DNA of 50,630 nt, the filler included, from Sphacelaria rigidula (Eukaryota), in assembly GCA_964200075.2 (NCBI GenBank). It is 3 parts of 3 records of this genome, joined end to end, with 100 filler letters (N's around TTAATTAATTAA, not from the genome) between each part and the next. Parts side by side here need not be neighbours in the genome. Positions count along the whole stretch, not along the records: positions 33,824 to 50,630 come from CAXNAA020001251.1; 2 more parts are not named here. The stretch is one strand, 5' to 3'. Positions 36,465-48,647 of this stretch are shown piece after piece (position 1 is the first letter of the stretch; each line of letters starts with the position of its first letter). The notes below the pieces were generated by a model. That model made no database searches. It had not been told where the DNA came from and worked only from the letters and a program-made list of their open reading frames with translations. Both the position numbers and the translations under genes were made by a program.

Positions 36465-39400
36465 CTGAAATGTGAGGGAGAGGGAAAGGCGTGAGGTGTG
36501 CAGCGTGCAGCGTTTTACGGGGATACGGGATGGGGGGCAAGATGAGGAAAGCGACCTCAACTTTAGAGTCAACCTGTCACTGGTTTGGGTGAAAAACGGT
36601 GATGCAAACGACGGTGGCTTCACTTGCTCCTGCCGAGCCTGGTGGGGATCCAGGGTAAATAAATGGTCCGCTATCAAGATATACGACATTTGGTTAAATA
36701 CTAGATGTTGTAAATCATGGAGATACGGAACTATTGCACATTGTTTTCTGGTCAAGCACTCCTTGGCACACCAGTGACAAGTGTGTAGCGATCAACTGAG
36801 CACCGTCTCTTTGCATCATATCTATTTCGATGGGAAAACTTTCAGCCTTTCCTCTAGATCTCCTTCGTCAGAGAACCGTTCCGTATTCGTCCCATTGTCC
36901 GGTCAATTCTCTTTTGTTGCGGCGTTTCCCCGTACTCAAGAGTCCGTTTCGCTGAGTTTGTTACATGACAGCCGACGCGGTGTGGGAGTGGTGATTGACA
37001 GTCATCATCCAATCCACGATACCAAAATGTAAACCGTGTTCCAGAGAAGAGATGGGTTGACCTCTTGATATCACGATACCATTCACTCGTCCCGAGGAAG
37101 TGGAGGAGTTAGAAGTAACAGCATGAAAAAGTCTCCGCATATCCCCTTCAACAGATACCCGTAGGTGCGACAGCACATGCGCGAGTCAAGGTTGACGTAC
37201 AACGCAGCAATGTCCTCTTTTGTTAACGGTATCTCTCATTTCTCTGCCAGCAAACGCTCCCACTTTCCAGTTTGAAGACTGGGTAGCACGGTATACCAGC
37301 AAGCACAGCCGATTATTGTAAAGACAGCCGACATTGTGAAAACAGTACACACCAAGACTCGATGAAAACGCCTGTCAACGAACGTCGCAGTCCCAAATAG
37401 CACTAAATTCAAGCCTCGAAACCAACAACCTAGTGCGCGTTGAAAACATGTGATGATCTCGAAGAAAACGTGAGCGGCCTGGGAATACATGAATGGAATG
37501 CGCACTTCTTCGCTTCGTTGTCCAAACCTGGCGATTGTGATGCAACTTCTCGAGACGTTCATCGAGCGCCAGCGGGATGCCGGACACTTGATTCATGAAG
37601 GAAAAAACACTCGGGCGATGATATTATTAGTGTACAACAACTCACCTCGCGTTTGCATCAGGGCCATGCTTTTTAACCGTCGTCCGGGTGGTTGACGCCA
37701 GGTACCGCATCGCGTGCAAACGTCCTTCTTCGCTCAGCAACGACGGCAGGGGCTTAGACCATCCTTGGCCCTCAAGCTCCGCAGATCCCTTTGCCGAACC
37801 GTCAGTCTTTTTCGTCGGACTGACCTTGCCCTCGCCAGCGCCAGCATTCATTTTAGCGTTGGCTTTCAGGGTAGCGTTATAGAGCGTCTTCATTGCCTCT
37901 GTCACCGCCTCTGACGTGCCACCGTCACCTGCGGCGGCTGGGGTCATTTCGCAGTCGGAAGAGTGACCCGCTGTGGCTGGAATTTCGACAGGTTTCGGGC
38001 TGACGCCCGTCTCTTTACGTGCCCGTCTCGTTGCTGGTGCTGCAGGTGCACCTGTTGTGCTTGATGCGGCTGCTGAAGTCCGGGTTTTCGCTGTTTCGAC
38101 AGCCGCTGATTTCGGTGCTCGTTTTGCCGGCTTTGCCGCCTCTTTTGCTTCAACTGCTCCCCGAAGATAGGCGGGGATGCCGGACGCACGGTCAGACACG
38201 GGTGCTGACGAAGCATTGGCTCCGCCGCCGCCGCCGACACCGCCGCCGCCGACACCGCCGCCGCCGCCTCCCGATAGCTTCCTGATCGCTTCCAGCATGT
38301 TGGACTCCCGCCTGCAAATGGTCTTGACATGTTCTTGGTCCGCGACTCCGCAGGTTCTGCTGAGGCCTAGTAACCTGGCCAATTTGCCGCAAATAATTAT
38401 TATTCCGAGAAAGCGGCATCACGATACGGGGTTGTGGGCAAGGCTTAAGTGTTTGTTGCTGTCAGGAACGGACGAGAATGTGGGGGAGTGTCTCGGCGAC
38501 TTTCTGCCACTGCTGGTCGTCGCTTTTTGCCGGCTATGATGAGCGAGAAGGTGAACTCTCATCACAGAAAAAAAGTAAACACCACTACGTTTCAAGCTTC
38601 AAGTAGCGGGATACCAAACATGCCTCGACACACGAAACATACTTTCACAGCATGTGCCCTGTGAGCGCGATCAGAGTGCAGTACACAGCATCAAAGAGCA
38701 GGTACCGAATTAGACGGGGCGTTTTTTTCCAACCGGTGCCGACATGACCACAGACAACGCCTCCGTATCATAGGTCTGCTGGCTAGGGCTTGCGAACGGG
38801 GGGGGGAAGCTTGGTCCAACAAGCTATCTACGAAACGAACGAAACATAATCGAAAATTACACACGCACCAAGGTGCCTCGACAACTCATGGCTACCTCTG
38901 TCCCCACCTACAGTTCTCCTCGCATCGAATTCTTCCTCTCAGTTGTATCAACGCCGTACCGCTGTTGGGCAGGCTGGTGCACACAACGAGGCCACATGTC
39001 GGGATATCGATACCCTCCGCGCAAATATCAGTGGAAAAAAGGACGTTAAAAGCGCCGTTCCGGAAGTTTCTCAGGGATTCGCCTTGCTTCTTGCGGCTCA
39101 TCTCCGTCTGGCCAGTGATGAACCCCGGTTTAACAAACGCCGATATGTCAGGCATGGCCTTCTGCATGTAGGCCTCCAGCAGGCCCGGGGTAATTCCGGA
39201 CAGCATGCGTGTGGATACAAAGACAAGCACTGAAAACGCAGTTTTGTTCTTATCGCACGCCTCTTTGTACTGCCGCAAAAGAGACGCTATCATTCGAATC
39301 TTGGACCCCTCTGCACCATCAGCCGCTGCTGGGTCGCCCGTTGCTGCCGCCGCCGGCGTTGGCGCCGGTTGTAGCGATGATACAGCACCCTCCGTCGTCT

Positions 39401-42262
39401 GCTGCCCCACCCCGTCCTCCACTTCCTCGTCATCCATGGCCGAGTCGTCATCGCTCGACGAGCTGTCTTTCTTCACGTACTGCTTGATGAGGCGTAATGT
39501 ATCTTCCTTGTCGGGGTCGCATTCGCTCTCGCCGCTGACGCTGACGTCGGCGATGGCGGCGGCCGCTCCGTCTTGTCCAAGTTTACTCGACCAAAATCCC
39601 TTCTCTTCCTCCAGCTCCACCATCATCATCTCCCAGGTAGACACCCCTCCGATCTCGTCTATCGCAAAGCACAGATTGAGCAGCTTAGACAGTTTGTTTT
39701 CTATTTTCCGAATATACCCTCCTTCACTGCCGTCATCCACCGGCCGGCCGGGAGAGTGAGCATCATCTGGATCCGCGGTACTGCCGATTGCGCGACCCGC
39801 CGCCGCTTCTCCAGCACACCGATCAGGACCTTCCACGCTTCTGCCGGCGGCCGCCTGCGTTGAGTGGGCCGCAAATCCAGAAAATCCATTGCCACCAACT
39901 TTTTTACTATTTCTACCGATATACTGCGAGAGAACTTGCTGCATGAGCGAGCGGTGAGTCTTGTTGGGGAACCGCCAGTTTTCGTCTGCAGCAGGGGCGG
40001 CAACTGATGCCATCAGCGACGGTCTCGAAGGCTCCCCAGTAGGCTTCTTGGTGCCCGCTTTGTCAGTGGCGGCGGCTGCATTGGTGGCTTCAGTTTGCTG
40101 CTTGTTTCGCGCCAGGAGGGACTCGAGCTGGTGACCGACGTCTGAACTGGGGTTGACGAGTTTGAGCATGCGGCCGAGGATCAGCTTCTCGAGCTTGCGC
40201 AGCAGGGTCTGCTCGGCGGCGGTGGCGGGAACTCTGACGAGCTCCAGCTGCACCTTGGGACTGCGTGACCTCACCTGTTTTTGGTGTCGTTTTTGTCCGT
40301 GTGGGGGTTCGGCGGTGTGGTTTTATACTGAGAGAGAGTGATCCCAATAGGGCTATAGTGGTTGAACTTTGAATACGATACTCACTGATCGGGATTTTTT
40401 CACAGGCAATATTTCACCTTCACTCGAGAGTTCGAGAGTCGGTAGGCGTTGGCAAATAGCGCAAGTCGTGCTCAGGACAGACTTCCCAATTTTATGTTGT
40501 CGAAAAATTACGGTGTAAAACCCCCTTCATCGAGGGGGTGTTGATGACCACATACGGCCGGAAAACACGGTGCTTCGGTCGTAGCGTAATGAATAGTAAA
40601 ATAGCAGAAGAGCTGAAGGCATGCAATTATTCATTATAACAACCCGGATCGGTTTGGTCGAGCGAAAGTATCAAGGAGAAAGAACCGGAGGCTGCACAAT
40701 CGTAGGACCCCTCAAGACCGGTAAGTTCCATCTGAGGGCAATTTCCGCTTTGCTACAAGTGGGAACAGCGCGCACCAGGTGGGGCCGAAGCAATATCAGC
40801 ACGTATTAGCCTAGCCGCAATGCACACAGATGCACGCCCAGAGGAACGCACACAAACCCACAGACCGAGACACAAAACACACCTCGTCCTCTGTCTTCAC
40901 AGGAGCGGCGAGATCAGCATCCAGTCTGGAGAGCAGCTCCTGCATCTTGATCTCCGTCGCTTCCACGGTCAGCTCGCCCGCGGGGGAGGCCGTCAACGCG
41001 ACCAACTGCACAGGCCCCAACAGAGGTAAAATGTAGTACGGAAATAGCGGCCAACAATTTAGCACTCCAAGGGAACGACATAATGAGGGCCAGGAACAAA
41101 CGAGGGGCAGCCGGCAGTCACGACACAAGAAGAAACAACATTCGCGTTATCCACTGACAGGTAACCACTCAGGAAATATCCCCCAGGGGTGTTGAGCTTG
41201 CTAGCCAGAGACACAACTTCTGAGGTCTTACGGCGCACGGCGACGCGCAACAGATGACAAACCGCCATACTACAGTACTACACAGGGTGTGCTGCAGGGG
41301 CTACGTCGTCCTTGCAGCACCACGCGAGACAGACGAGGCATAACTGTCTTCTCTGGTGCTCCGGATGACATTCTAAACCCGGAGCCGCGCAAGGTAGGCA
41401 TCGAGTGCATAACAAACAAGGAGAAACGCAATAAAAAATGCACACCGTTCTTCTCTCTTCTCCATTACACCCTATCGCACAACAAACTTGTCACTTATTT
41501 CCCTCAACTCAGCACCATGTTCACAAGGACACCGGCAACAGGCCAAGGAAAGACGTCGAGGAGATAAAATACTCACACCTGTGCAGCCTGTGCAGCATCG
41601 CATGGCACACAACATCCGACGCAAGCAGGCACACCCAAAATCATAGCATCATTAGCATACGTGTTTTCCCCAGGGGCACACCGCCGGAGACAGTTTTTCA
41701 AGCTTACTATGGTATTCTGTAGCGTATACCGCCTGAAGTTGTGAATATGAAAAGGGTGTTTACAGTAGTATAAAAGAGGTGCTGTAGTTCATCAGCAGAT
41801 ACCTTCCGGAACATACCGGAGTGTTCGGAACAGGGCTCGACATCTTGTCGAGTCATACCAGGATGATGGATACACATGTCGGTATGGTTTAGTATACCAG
41901 TAAAAAATCTGCCACTTCAGAGTGCTGTATACCCTATAAAACACAAGCTTGCAAATTCTCGATTGACTGCGAAAACATTCATGCCTGCTTTGACTGATTC
42001 ACCTTGGGGAAGGCCGCAGGCGACGACTGCCTCGGAGACGCTGATGTTGCCAATGAAGCTGATGACCCTCCCGCTCCTGCGAGCGCTGCTGTAGGTAGCT
42101 TGGGGGGCACGAGGAACTCCTTGGCGACTCGGTGGAAAGGGTGCTCCTTACCGCAATGGTGGGCCTCATCGAGCACCACGCAGCAGATCGACTCGGGGTC
42201 AATGTATTTCTGTGATGGCACAAGTAAAATAAGGAGCACATGAACGCGTTCCATTTCGTTTG

Positions 42263-42296
<34 letters not shown>

Positions 42297-45200
42297 GGGC
42301 CCATCGAGCACCACGCAGCAGATCGACTCGGGGTCAATGTATTTCTGTGATGGCACAAGCAAAATAAGGAGCACATGAACGCGTTCCATTTCGTTTGGTG
42401 TGTGTGTGTGTGTGTGTGTGTTTTCTGGGGGGGGGGGGGGGGTATTCATTTGTTGCTTGCCTCAGTCGCTTGGCTATTGACCACTAAGACAAGCAACAAA
42501 TGGGTACGAGTGAAGGCGGGCAGCACTCAACTTTTACACGGGTGTATTGCTGTTCGACACTGTGTGTCATGCGTGTGGCTGATAACCTCTAGGAAAAACC
42601 ATCGAGGACAAACAGAGAAAATAAATACATGTACAATCACGCCACGGGGATCGGTGTGCTCTCGTGGTCATCTGGGGGTCAACGCATGCACTGCCAGAAT
42701 GCCGCGCAGCAAGATGATAGTACGGGGTGGTCCGGTGGTGTGGGCTACGACAGACTCAGGGTCAAGGCGTGCCTTGACAATATTTTTCGACGGCAAAAAA
42801 ACGCTGAGAGAGGTCAACGTCCTTTCGGCTCATTCCGGACTCCTTTTCTCTGGCACTCTTCACTCCCTACCGTCTGTACGTGATGTCCATACTGGAAATA
42901 TCCAAAACGAAACAAAAAATTCAACAACAATTGCGAGCGAAATATGCGGCGCCTGTGTCCCATGGTTGTCCAGTGTGACCGATGGGAGCGATGTGCGCCC
43001 GATTTCAACGCGTGTGGCAGAAGCTACCTTCATGCTAGACGGATGGCATCTGTACACGAGCGCAGCCGCAGTTTTTCCCAGTGTGAGGTACTGTTGTTTC
43101 AGTGGAGTCGCGATACTGTATTGAGCGAGCAGCAGCAATCTGCGTAAAAATCGGTCTGCTTTCCCCCCCCCCCCGAACCGATTAGAACCAATTTTGAACA
43201 GGTTTGGGCCGCTCGAGGTGTCCACAACAGACGATTTGGTTCGAGGTAGTGGCCGACTAACGCAAAGTTGAGCACATCGGAAAATGGCTCACGAGGAGCT
43301 ACGGCACAGGTTATCGGGCGCTGGAGTAGGGTGTCGTACATCCATATCTCGCAATAAGCGAGTGAACGTCTTTGAAGTGGGACATTTCGCTTTCCGTCAG
43401 AAACTTTCTGGCTCATAGTGTTGTTAACTTAAGCCAAGTCTCTCTGAAGTTGAACCGGAAAAGTGGAATGAAAACGTCAATGAATGGGTGCAGCATCCTT
43501 TGCGCCACCCAAGATGACATGAAGCCTTTTGGAACATGATTTTCATTTTTGTGAATCGGCATCATTTTCAGCCATTGCCAAGTCAAAAGGATGCCGGTTT
43601 ACAAAAACAACACCGTCAGTGGGTTCCGGAAGGGCACGCTTTCAGAACAACAAGTCCCTCAAGGTACACCAACTCTCAGTTCTCTATATACCATGAGCTC
43701 GTCCGATCAAAGAACACCTGAATCCTTTCACGGGCGGAATACGATGGAATATGACAACTTGCCGCGAAACTTATCACAAAAGTGGGGCTCCCTGCAACCC
43801 TGTCAGCAATGTCGTGAAAGGCTGCAAATTTTTGGGCTGTGCACAGACTGCGACGTTTTCAAACTACAGTTATGGGCGCACCTGACTCCCCAAACTGGGC
43901 AAAAGAAGTGTCACCGACCAGAATCACGAAAAGACACGAACAGATCGACTTTTGGGGCTTATTCAGGCTCGTCGGGTAAAATATGCCAAACGTCATCGGA
44001 AGAGAACGACATGGATCCAAAATTCATATAGAGAACCCTACCGTTACTTCCGTTGTTGTTCCTCATATATTGCATGCCACTGCGTAGCTTTTCGTCCACG
44101 CTTGCGATACGCCGGAATGCCAGGAGGCTAGTTGGGTTGATCCAACCCAACGCACACCGAGAACCCTCGGGCAAGGGCGGTACATACATGCTCTGAACAA
44201 ATTGAGGCCTTGGTAGACCCCAAATCTGCCCCTATGGCGCCGATTTCGACGAAAACACGTTCTGCTCACACGAGGAGCCCACGGGACTGTCAGTGCTTCT
44301 TGAATTCCGATTCTCGTCGTACAGACTCAAACCAAGTAATATCAACCATGAACATTTGTAGCCCAACGCCTGAAACGGGAACGTTGAACCTTTCATTTTT
44401 GCAAAATCATCTGCTCAATGTGCGACAGAACCATATGTACTGATGAACTTCGACGAGGACGGCCCTTACACAGACGAGTGGAGTACAGTCGCCGGGTGTG
44501 TCATGTAGGCTGGGCGGATGTTGGTCGACTTCCTCGTCATGTTTTGAGGAGTTTGATTTATCGGATCCCACCGTTCTACAATTTTAGCGGATGAATGACT
44601 CGCCCTGTGCAAGCGTACTTGTTGTTCCGTGGGTATGCCTTTTCATTTCATGAATATGCATTATTTTCATCGGACTCCTAGGATATCGTGTCCCAAGAGG
44701 GAATGAAAACAAACCGTCGGTCGTCACCCACCACTGCCGATACAACGGACGCGTGTCTTAGGACGAGTTGGTGCACTGAAAGACATGAACGGGGCTTCGG
44801 TGCCATGTGGCTTCAGCAAAAGTGGGCTGACGACTTCATGTTGTTTTCTGTGTCGTCTTGACGCAGTATAGTTCACCATTCGGGAGGATAAGTTGATCCA
44901 TCTTGATTTTATTGTGAACAACGAAACCCGGATCTTTTCATGGAAGCTGTGCTTCTAGCATGCTCCTAGCGTGCCCACAACGCGTTTTTGTCTGAATCGG
45001 GGCCTGGGGCAACGATTTGAGGTCTGGCAACGCACACTTCGCTTAGGGAACACGTTGCACCCGCCTTGCCCGAGGATTCTCGGTATGCCCTTGTGGTAAG
45101 GGTTAGGTTTGGTGTTATAATTTGTTCGCTTCGCTGCTGCAAGGTCGCAACGGTGATTCTTGCTTTCGTTCGCGCGACTCATGATCGTGTCTATAAGGGC

Positions 45201-47206
45201 TGTTGGAGCGTGTTGATAATGCGGATACTGCTCTCTCTTCTTGAACGCCAGCTTGCTCTGTGGCTTTCTTTTTTCCTTCAGTTCAGAGTTTGTTCACACT
45301 TACCGCCAGGTGAGATCAGATACAAAGCTACGCTATCGATGGTGGCGTGGTGATGGTACCGTGTTCAGGAGAACGAGCGCTACTCTTGCCACCATCAAAA
45401 GCGATGCACAGATGGGGGTAAATATCCGCGGAGACGGAAGCCTTCAGGGGTTCGGTCAAAGGTTCAAATTCTACACCTGCCGAACATTCCACACATGCGA
45501 TGTATCAGCAACCTGCAGTATCAAGAATCATTAATGGGTGTAATATATTCTGAGGCCCTTGGGCAGGGGTGAGGTTTTCGCATATCGTGGAAACCGGCGA
45601 GTGTTGAAGGCGCTGGTTTGCGCTCATAGCCCAAACGGTTGCGTCATCTGCGCCAAGAGGGCAGCTACAAATCCGGTGGTCCATTTTTTTTCATGTCATC
45701 GGGATTCGAGTTTAATAACAAATTAAGTGAAAAAAACGTGGGTTTTTTGCGATTTTCTCGATCACCATAACTCCTTTGGTTCCACAATGGTATCAGATTG
45801 TAGCTTGGACAAATACACGCCGGTGAGTAGCCTAGGCACGCTGTGGTTCGTAGTCCGGGACGACGAAAATGGGAAACCGTCAAGTGGAAACCCCGCTCAA
45901 ATCACAAGTACTTTGGGGGATTTTACGGCGTGCATTATCAGGGGATGAACGAGATCTCCAGTCTGTTCATGCTTTTGGTCGGTGACACTTTTTTTGCCCA
46001 TTTTGGGGGGTCAGGCGCGCCCATAACAGTATCTCACGACACTCAGGAGGACTGGCAGCTACATCATCTGGGGTACGACATCCTGCTGATAATTGTTATT
46101 AATAATTCACGCCCGTTACTGACACGATAAGGAGAAACGAAATGTTCGCGTTGGCTCTGAACTGTATGTCGGTCAGAGGTCATACAAAACAATATTGGCA
46201 AAAACATCAAAATCTCAGTTTGGGATTCGGACGGAGGTACGAAAGGAACAAATCCGGTTCATCTACCATTCCTAGTGGGTAGAACCTCAAATTCAGAGGG
46301 AAGCATTCAGCAAAAATTGAGGACCGTCATGGGAGGATCCAATGAAAACATGCTTTCGTGATGACAATACTGAGTCTTGAGCTGCATTTAGGATTGTAGG
46401 GTTACAGATTGACTTCCTTCGATGCGAACTCGTTATCTGGGACCCTCCGACGACGACCTTCACGAATTTTCCGCGAGTTTGCCCTCAAAAATTGAGTATC
46501 CAGCATTTAGAGATGGGAATAGACGGACCAGTATAAGGATAATGGTCAGTGTTGCAAGGCCCAGCCTGTGCCGTAACTTCAATTCGTCGGGCGCCGGTTG
46601 TCTCTTGTATCAAAACAAGCGAACCCTGCAAACCACACCTCAACAGCACAGGGACGTGGAAGATGACGCGCATTACACATTGGAACACGACTTACACGTC
46701 CCAAACACGACGACATCCGAATCATGAAGAAAAGAAAAAAACTTCTGGGAGCCGACACAATCTGTCCGCTTGCTTGAAGTACGACAATGCAGAGACTAGC
46801 TACCCAAGGTACCCTGCACGCGACGTGAAATACACGCTCGACGCTCAGACGCTTCAGCACAGGCATCGACACACGAGAGAGTAGAACACAAACACACGCA
46901 CAGGGTATGAATGCATAGGGAAGCAATGCATGTATCACAGCACACCTTGTACATGGCATGCTCGAAGGCGCCAGCCGTAGCCACCACAATCTTGGCCGCG
47001 CGTAGGTCGTCAAGCTTCCTTCTCGCGCATAGATCGTCGAGCTTCTTCCTCGCGGAACTGTCGCCCACCTTCTTGTCTGTAGCGACTATGAACGAAGATC
47101 CGACCATCATGCCCACTGACACCTGCGTCTGCTCTCGTAGCGCCTCCGTCTGCACGCCGTCACGCCACCACAAAAACGCAATAGCAACAAAATACGACAA
47201 GCGTGT

Positions 47207-47242
<36 letters not shown>

Positions 47243-48420
47243 CGTTCCTTCACATGTGTCGTACTCCAAAACTTAGGGACGGAATCAGAGCAATCTCTCG
47301 GAAAAACTATATACAGTTGGGTTCGACAGCTTCTGTCTTCTTGTCATCAAATGGACACTTCCGCCTGTCCTCAAAATGGTAACTCGAGATCAACGGCCCG
47401 GGCAGCCAGAAGGGAAAGGTATCCGGGAGAAAGATTGGGACCACCGCTTGTACAGACGGTGCATGACGCTGCAGCAAGATTGGGGGACACTCGCTGCCGT
47501 TACACTCGTCACCTCCGGCAGTCGGCGGTACAGCACGCTTACCTTGTACCGAGACAATTCTTCAACGAATTCAACAGCAGGTGTGAGTTACTCTAGAGTA
47601 CAGTGGAATAGAGTAAAGCAGTACCTGTTGGATCGCCAGGGCATTGGTCTCGACGAGGAAGACAGCTTGTCTCTCCGGGTTGCAGTCGAGCATCTTTTTC
47701 AACACCATGGTGGCCACCAACGTCTTCCCCAGCCCTGTGGGTAGATACACTAGCGCATTCCGCTCATTCTTCATCACCATATCGAACAGCTCCACTTGGT
47801 AGGGACGAGGCCTGCGCGATCTCAGCGAGGGGGCAGAAAGAGCGGTGTACATATTAACGCTTTTATACATGGCCACGTTTGAGCCTCGACTCACCTGGGT
47901 AGACGTTGGGATGGACGCTGAGAGCAGTGACAACAGCTTCATGTCTTGAGCGTTTGCACAGCACCTTAATACGGAGCGGGGAGGGGCAGGGTACGTTGCC
48001 CGCACCGAAAAAATAACTAACGAGACCGTCGTGTTAAACAGTGGAGTCAGTCTGAGTGTACCACTGAGCAGGTCGTGTGTACAGGGCTCAGAGGGGGAGG
48101 GGGGGAGGGGGGACAACATCTGTAGAGTGGTCAAAACAAATACAAAACAACATGGAAATGGCAAGCTAGGTGTGGATGCCATATGATCATGGACTCGGAA
48201 ATGAGTTTCGGCGGGCTTAGCGCCACAGATTCATCTGGTGTATCAAAACCATTCTTGAAGGAGTAAATTAAGTTTGATGTTGAGCGTTCAACTTATTTAG
48301 AGCAAGACTTCAGCTGCAGTTCTGCTCACGTCATCTTCTTGGGCTTCTCCTTGGTACCCTCCTTTCCCGCAGTATCCTCCCTAGTATCCCCTTCCTCTTT
48401 CATTGCCTTCCGTCCCGAGA
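36188..48420 (-). CDS. Multi-exon Dicer/RIG-I-like DExD/H-box RNA helicase with C-terminal dsRBD/DUF283-like domain (gene span; 5' end probably incomplete)
   Basis: Eight GT-AG exons join in consistent phase: 48420-48330, 47811-47625, 47149-46946, 42209-42003, 41005-40883, 40274-38908, 38374-37646, 36464-36188 (3185 nt). Motifs in order: Q motif TPRPYQ, I LPTGLGKT, Ia FLVETNALAIQQ, Ib IVVATAG, II VLDEAHH, III LTASP, IV LVFVSTR, V STDICAEGIDIPTCGLVV, VI QLRGRIR. This set is typical of Dicer/RIG-I/FANCM-type SF2 helicases. Confidence 0.9.
37646..38374 (-). CDS. Helicase exon: post-motif-VI helix, poly-Gly and Ala/Lys-rich linker, start of the dsRBD-like domain
   Basis: 729 nt, phase 2/2; RLLGLSR...ESNMLEAIRKL, GGGGGGVGGGG..., LHAMRYLAS; ccag acceptor, AG|GTGAG donor. 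Confidence 0.85.
38908..40274 (-). CDS. Helicase exon: Hel2i-like insert and helicase C-terminal domain (motifs IV-VI)
   Basis: 1367-nt open frame with LVFVSTR, FITGQ, LRNFRNGAFNVLFSTDICAEGIDIPTCGLVV and LIQLRGRIR; aacag acceptor, AG|GTGGG donor (phase 2). Confidence 0.93.
40883..41005 (-). CDS. Helicase exon: motif III (LTASP)
   Basis: LVALTASPAGELTVEATEIKMQELLSRLDADLAAPVKTEDE; 123 nt, phase 0/0; tgcag acceptor, GAG|GTGTG donor. Confidence 0.92.
42003..42209 (-). CDS. Helicase exon: motif II (DEAH)
   Basis: KYIDPESICCVVLDEAHHCGKEHPFHRVAKEF...AFPK; 207 nt, phase 0/0; cacag acceptor, AAG|GTGAA donor. Confidence 0.92.
42168..42430. repeat. 135-bp tandem duplication spanning an intron 3' end and exon start, containing (TG)n
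   Basis: 42168-42299 and 42303-42430 are nearly identical; acceptor AGs precede exon starts at 42209 and 42344. Confidence 0.92.
44140..45110. mobile_element. Intronic ~1-kb element with long imperfect inverted ends (related fragments at 31025-31072 and 31203-31350)
   Basis: ACCGAGAACCCTCGGGCAAGGGCGG / CCGCCTTGCCCGAGGATTCTCGGT; 44945-45090 matches 31203-31350 in reverse complement. Confidence 0.55.
46946..47149 (-). CDS. Helicase exon: motif Ib region
   Basis: TEALREQTQVSVGMMVG...KIVVATAGAFEHAMYK; 204 nt, phase 0/0; tgcag acceptor, AAG|GTGTG donor. Confidence 0.88.
47207..47242. repeat. Intronic (CAG)n microsatellite
   Basis: About 11 CAG units, lying upstream (on the minus strand) of the 47149 acceptor. 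Confidence 0.9.
47625..47811 (-). CDS. Helicase exon: Q motif, Walker A and motif Ia
   Basis: PRPYQVELFDMVMKNERNALVYLPTGLGKTLVATMVLKKMLDCNPERQAVFLVETNALAIQQ; pyrimidine-rich tract then cgcag acceptor; CAG|GTAC donor. Confidence 0.92.
48330..48420 (-). CDS. Helicase exon: charged segment before the Q motif (SGRKAMKEEGDT...KPKKMT)
   Basis: Acceptor ttccacag (alternative aag acceptor at 48435) and donor GAC|GTGAGC in phase 2. Splicing to 47811 produces the canonical MTPRPYQ. Confidence 0.7.
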
Positions 48421-48616
48421 CTGTGGAACTTGGGGCTTGGAAAACGTCGAGCGTTGTCTCCTTCTCCGAAATACATCTTTTTGGTGTTGTAGATTTTGTC
48501 CATGCACAACAGTTTGTTTCGCGGAGGGGAATTGGAACGATCAAGGGGGGGGGAGAGAAGGAGATGGGGGAAGGAAAATTATAACATTCAGTAGGCGGGG
48601 AAAGGTGGTTGCTCAC

Positions 48617-48647
48617 CGGGAACATTTTTGTTGCTTGAAACCGTCAT
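48617..48647 (-). CDS. Possible small upstream or initial exon (MTVSSNKNVP)
   Basis: ATG at 48647, ten codons, then donor CCCG|GTGAGC in phase 1, which fits the next exon. The exon's 5' boundary is uncertain. Confidence 0.3.

Noticed and set aside
36960-37290. Protein-like reading inside the last intron (EIPLTKEDIAALYVNLDSR...YGYLLKG)
   Set aside because: Multiple in-frame stops, and the flanking exons already join in phase without it; no identifiable homology by eye.
39205-39759. 184-aa plus-strand ORF and similar ORFs at 38177-38539 and 46911-47276
   Set aside because: Antisense shadows of GC-rich helicase exons.
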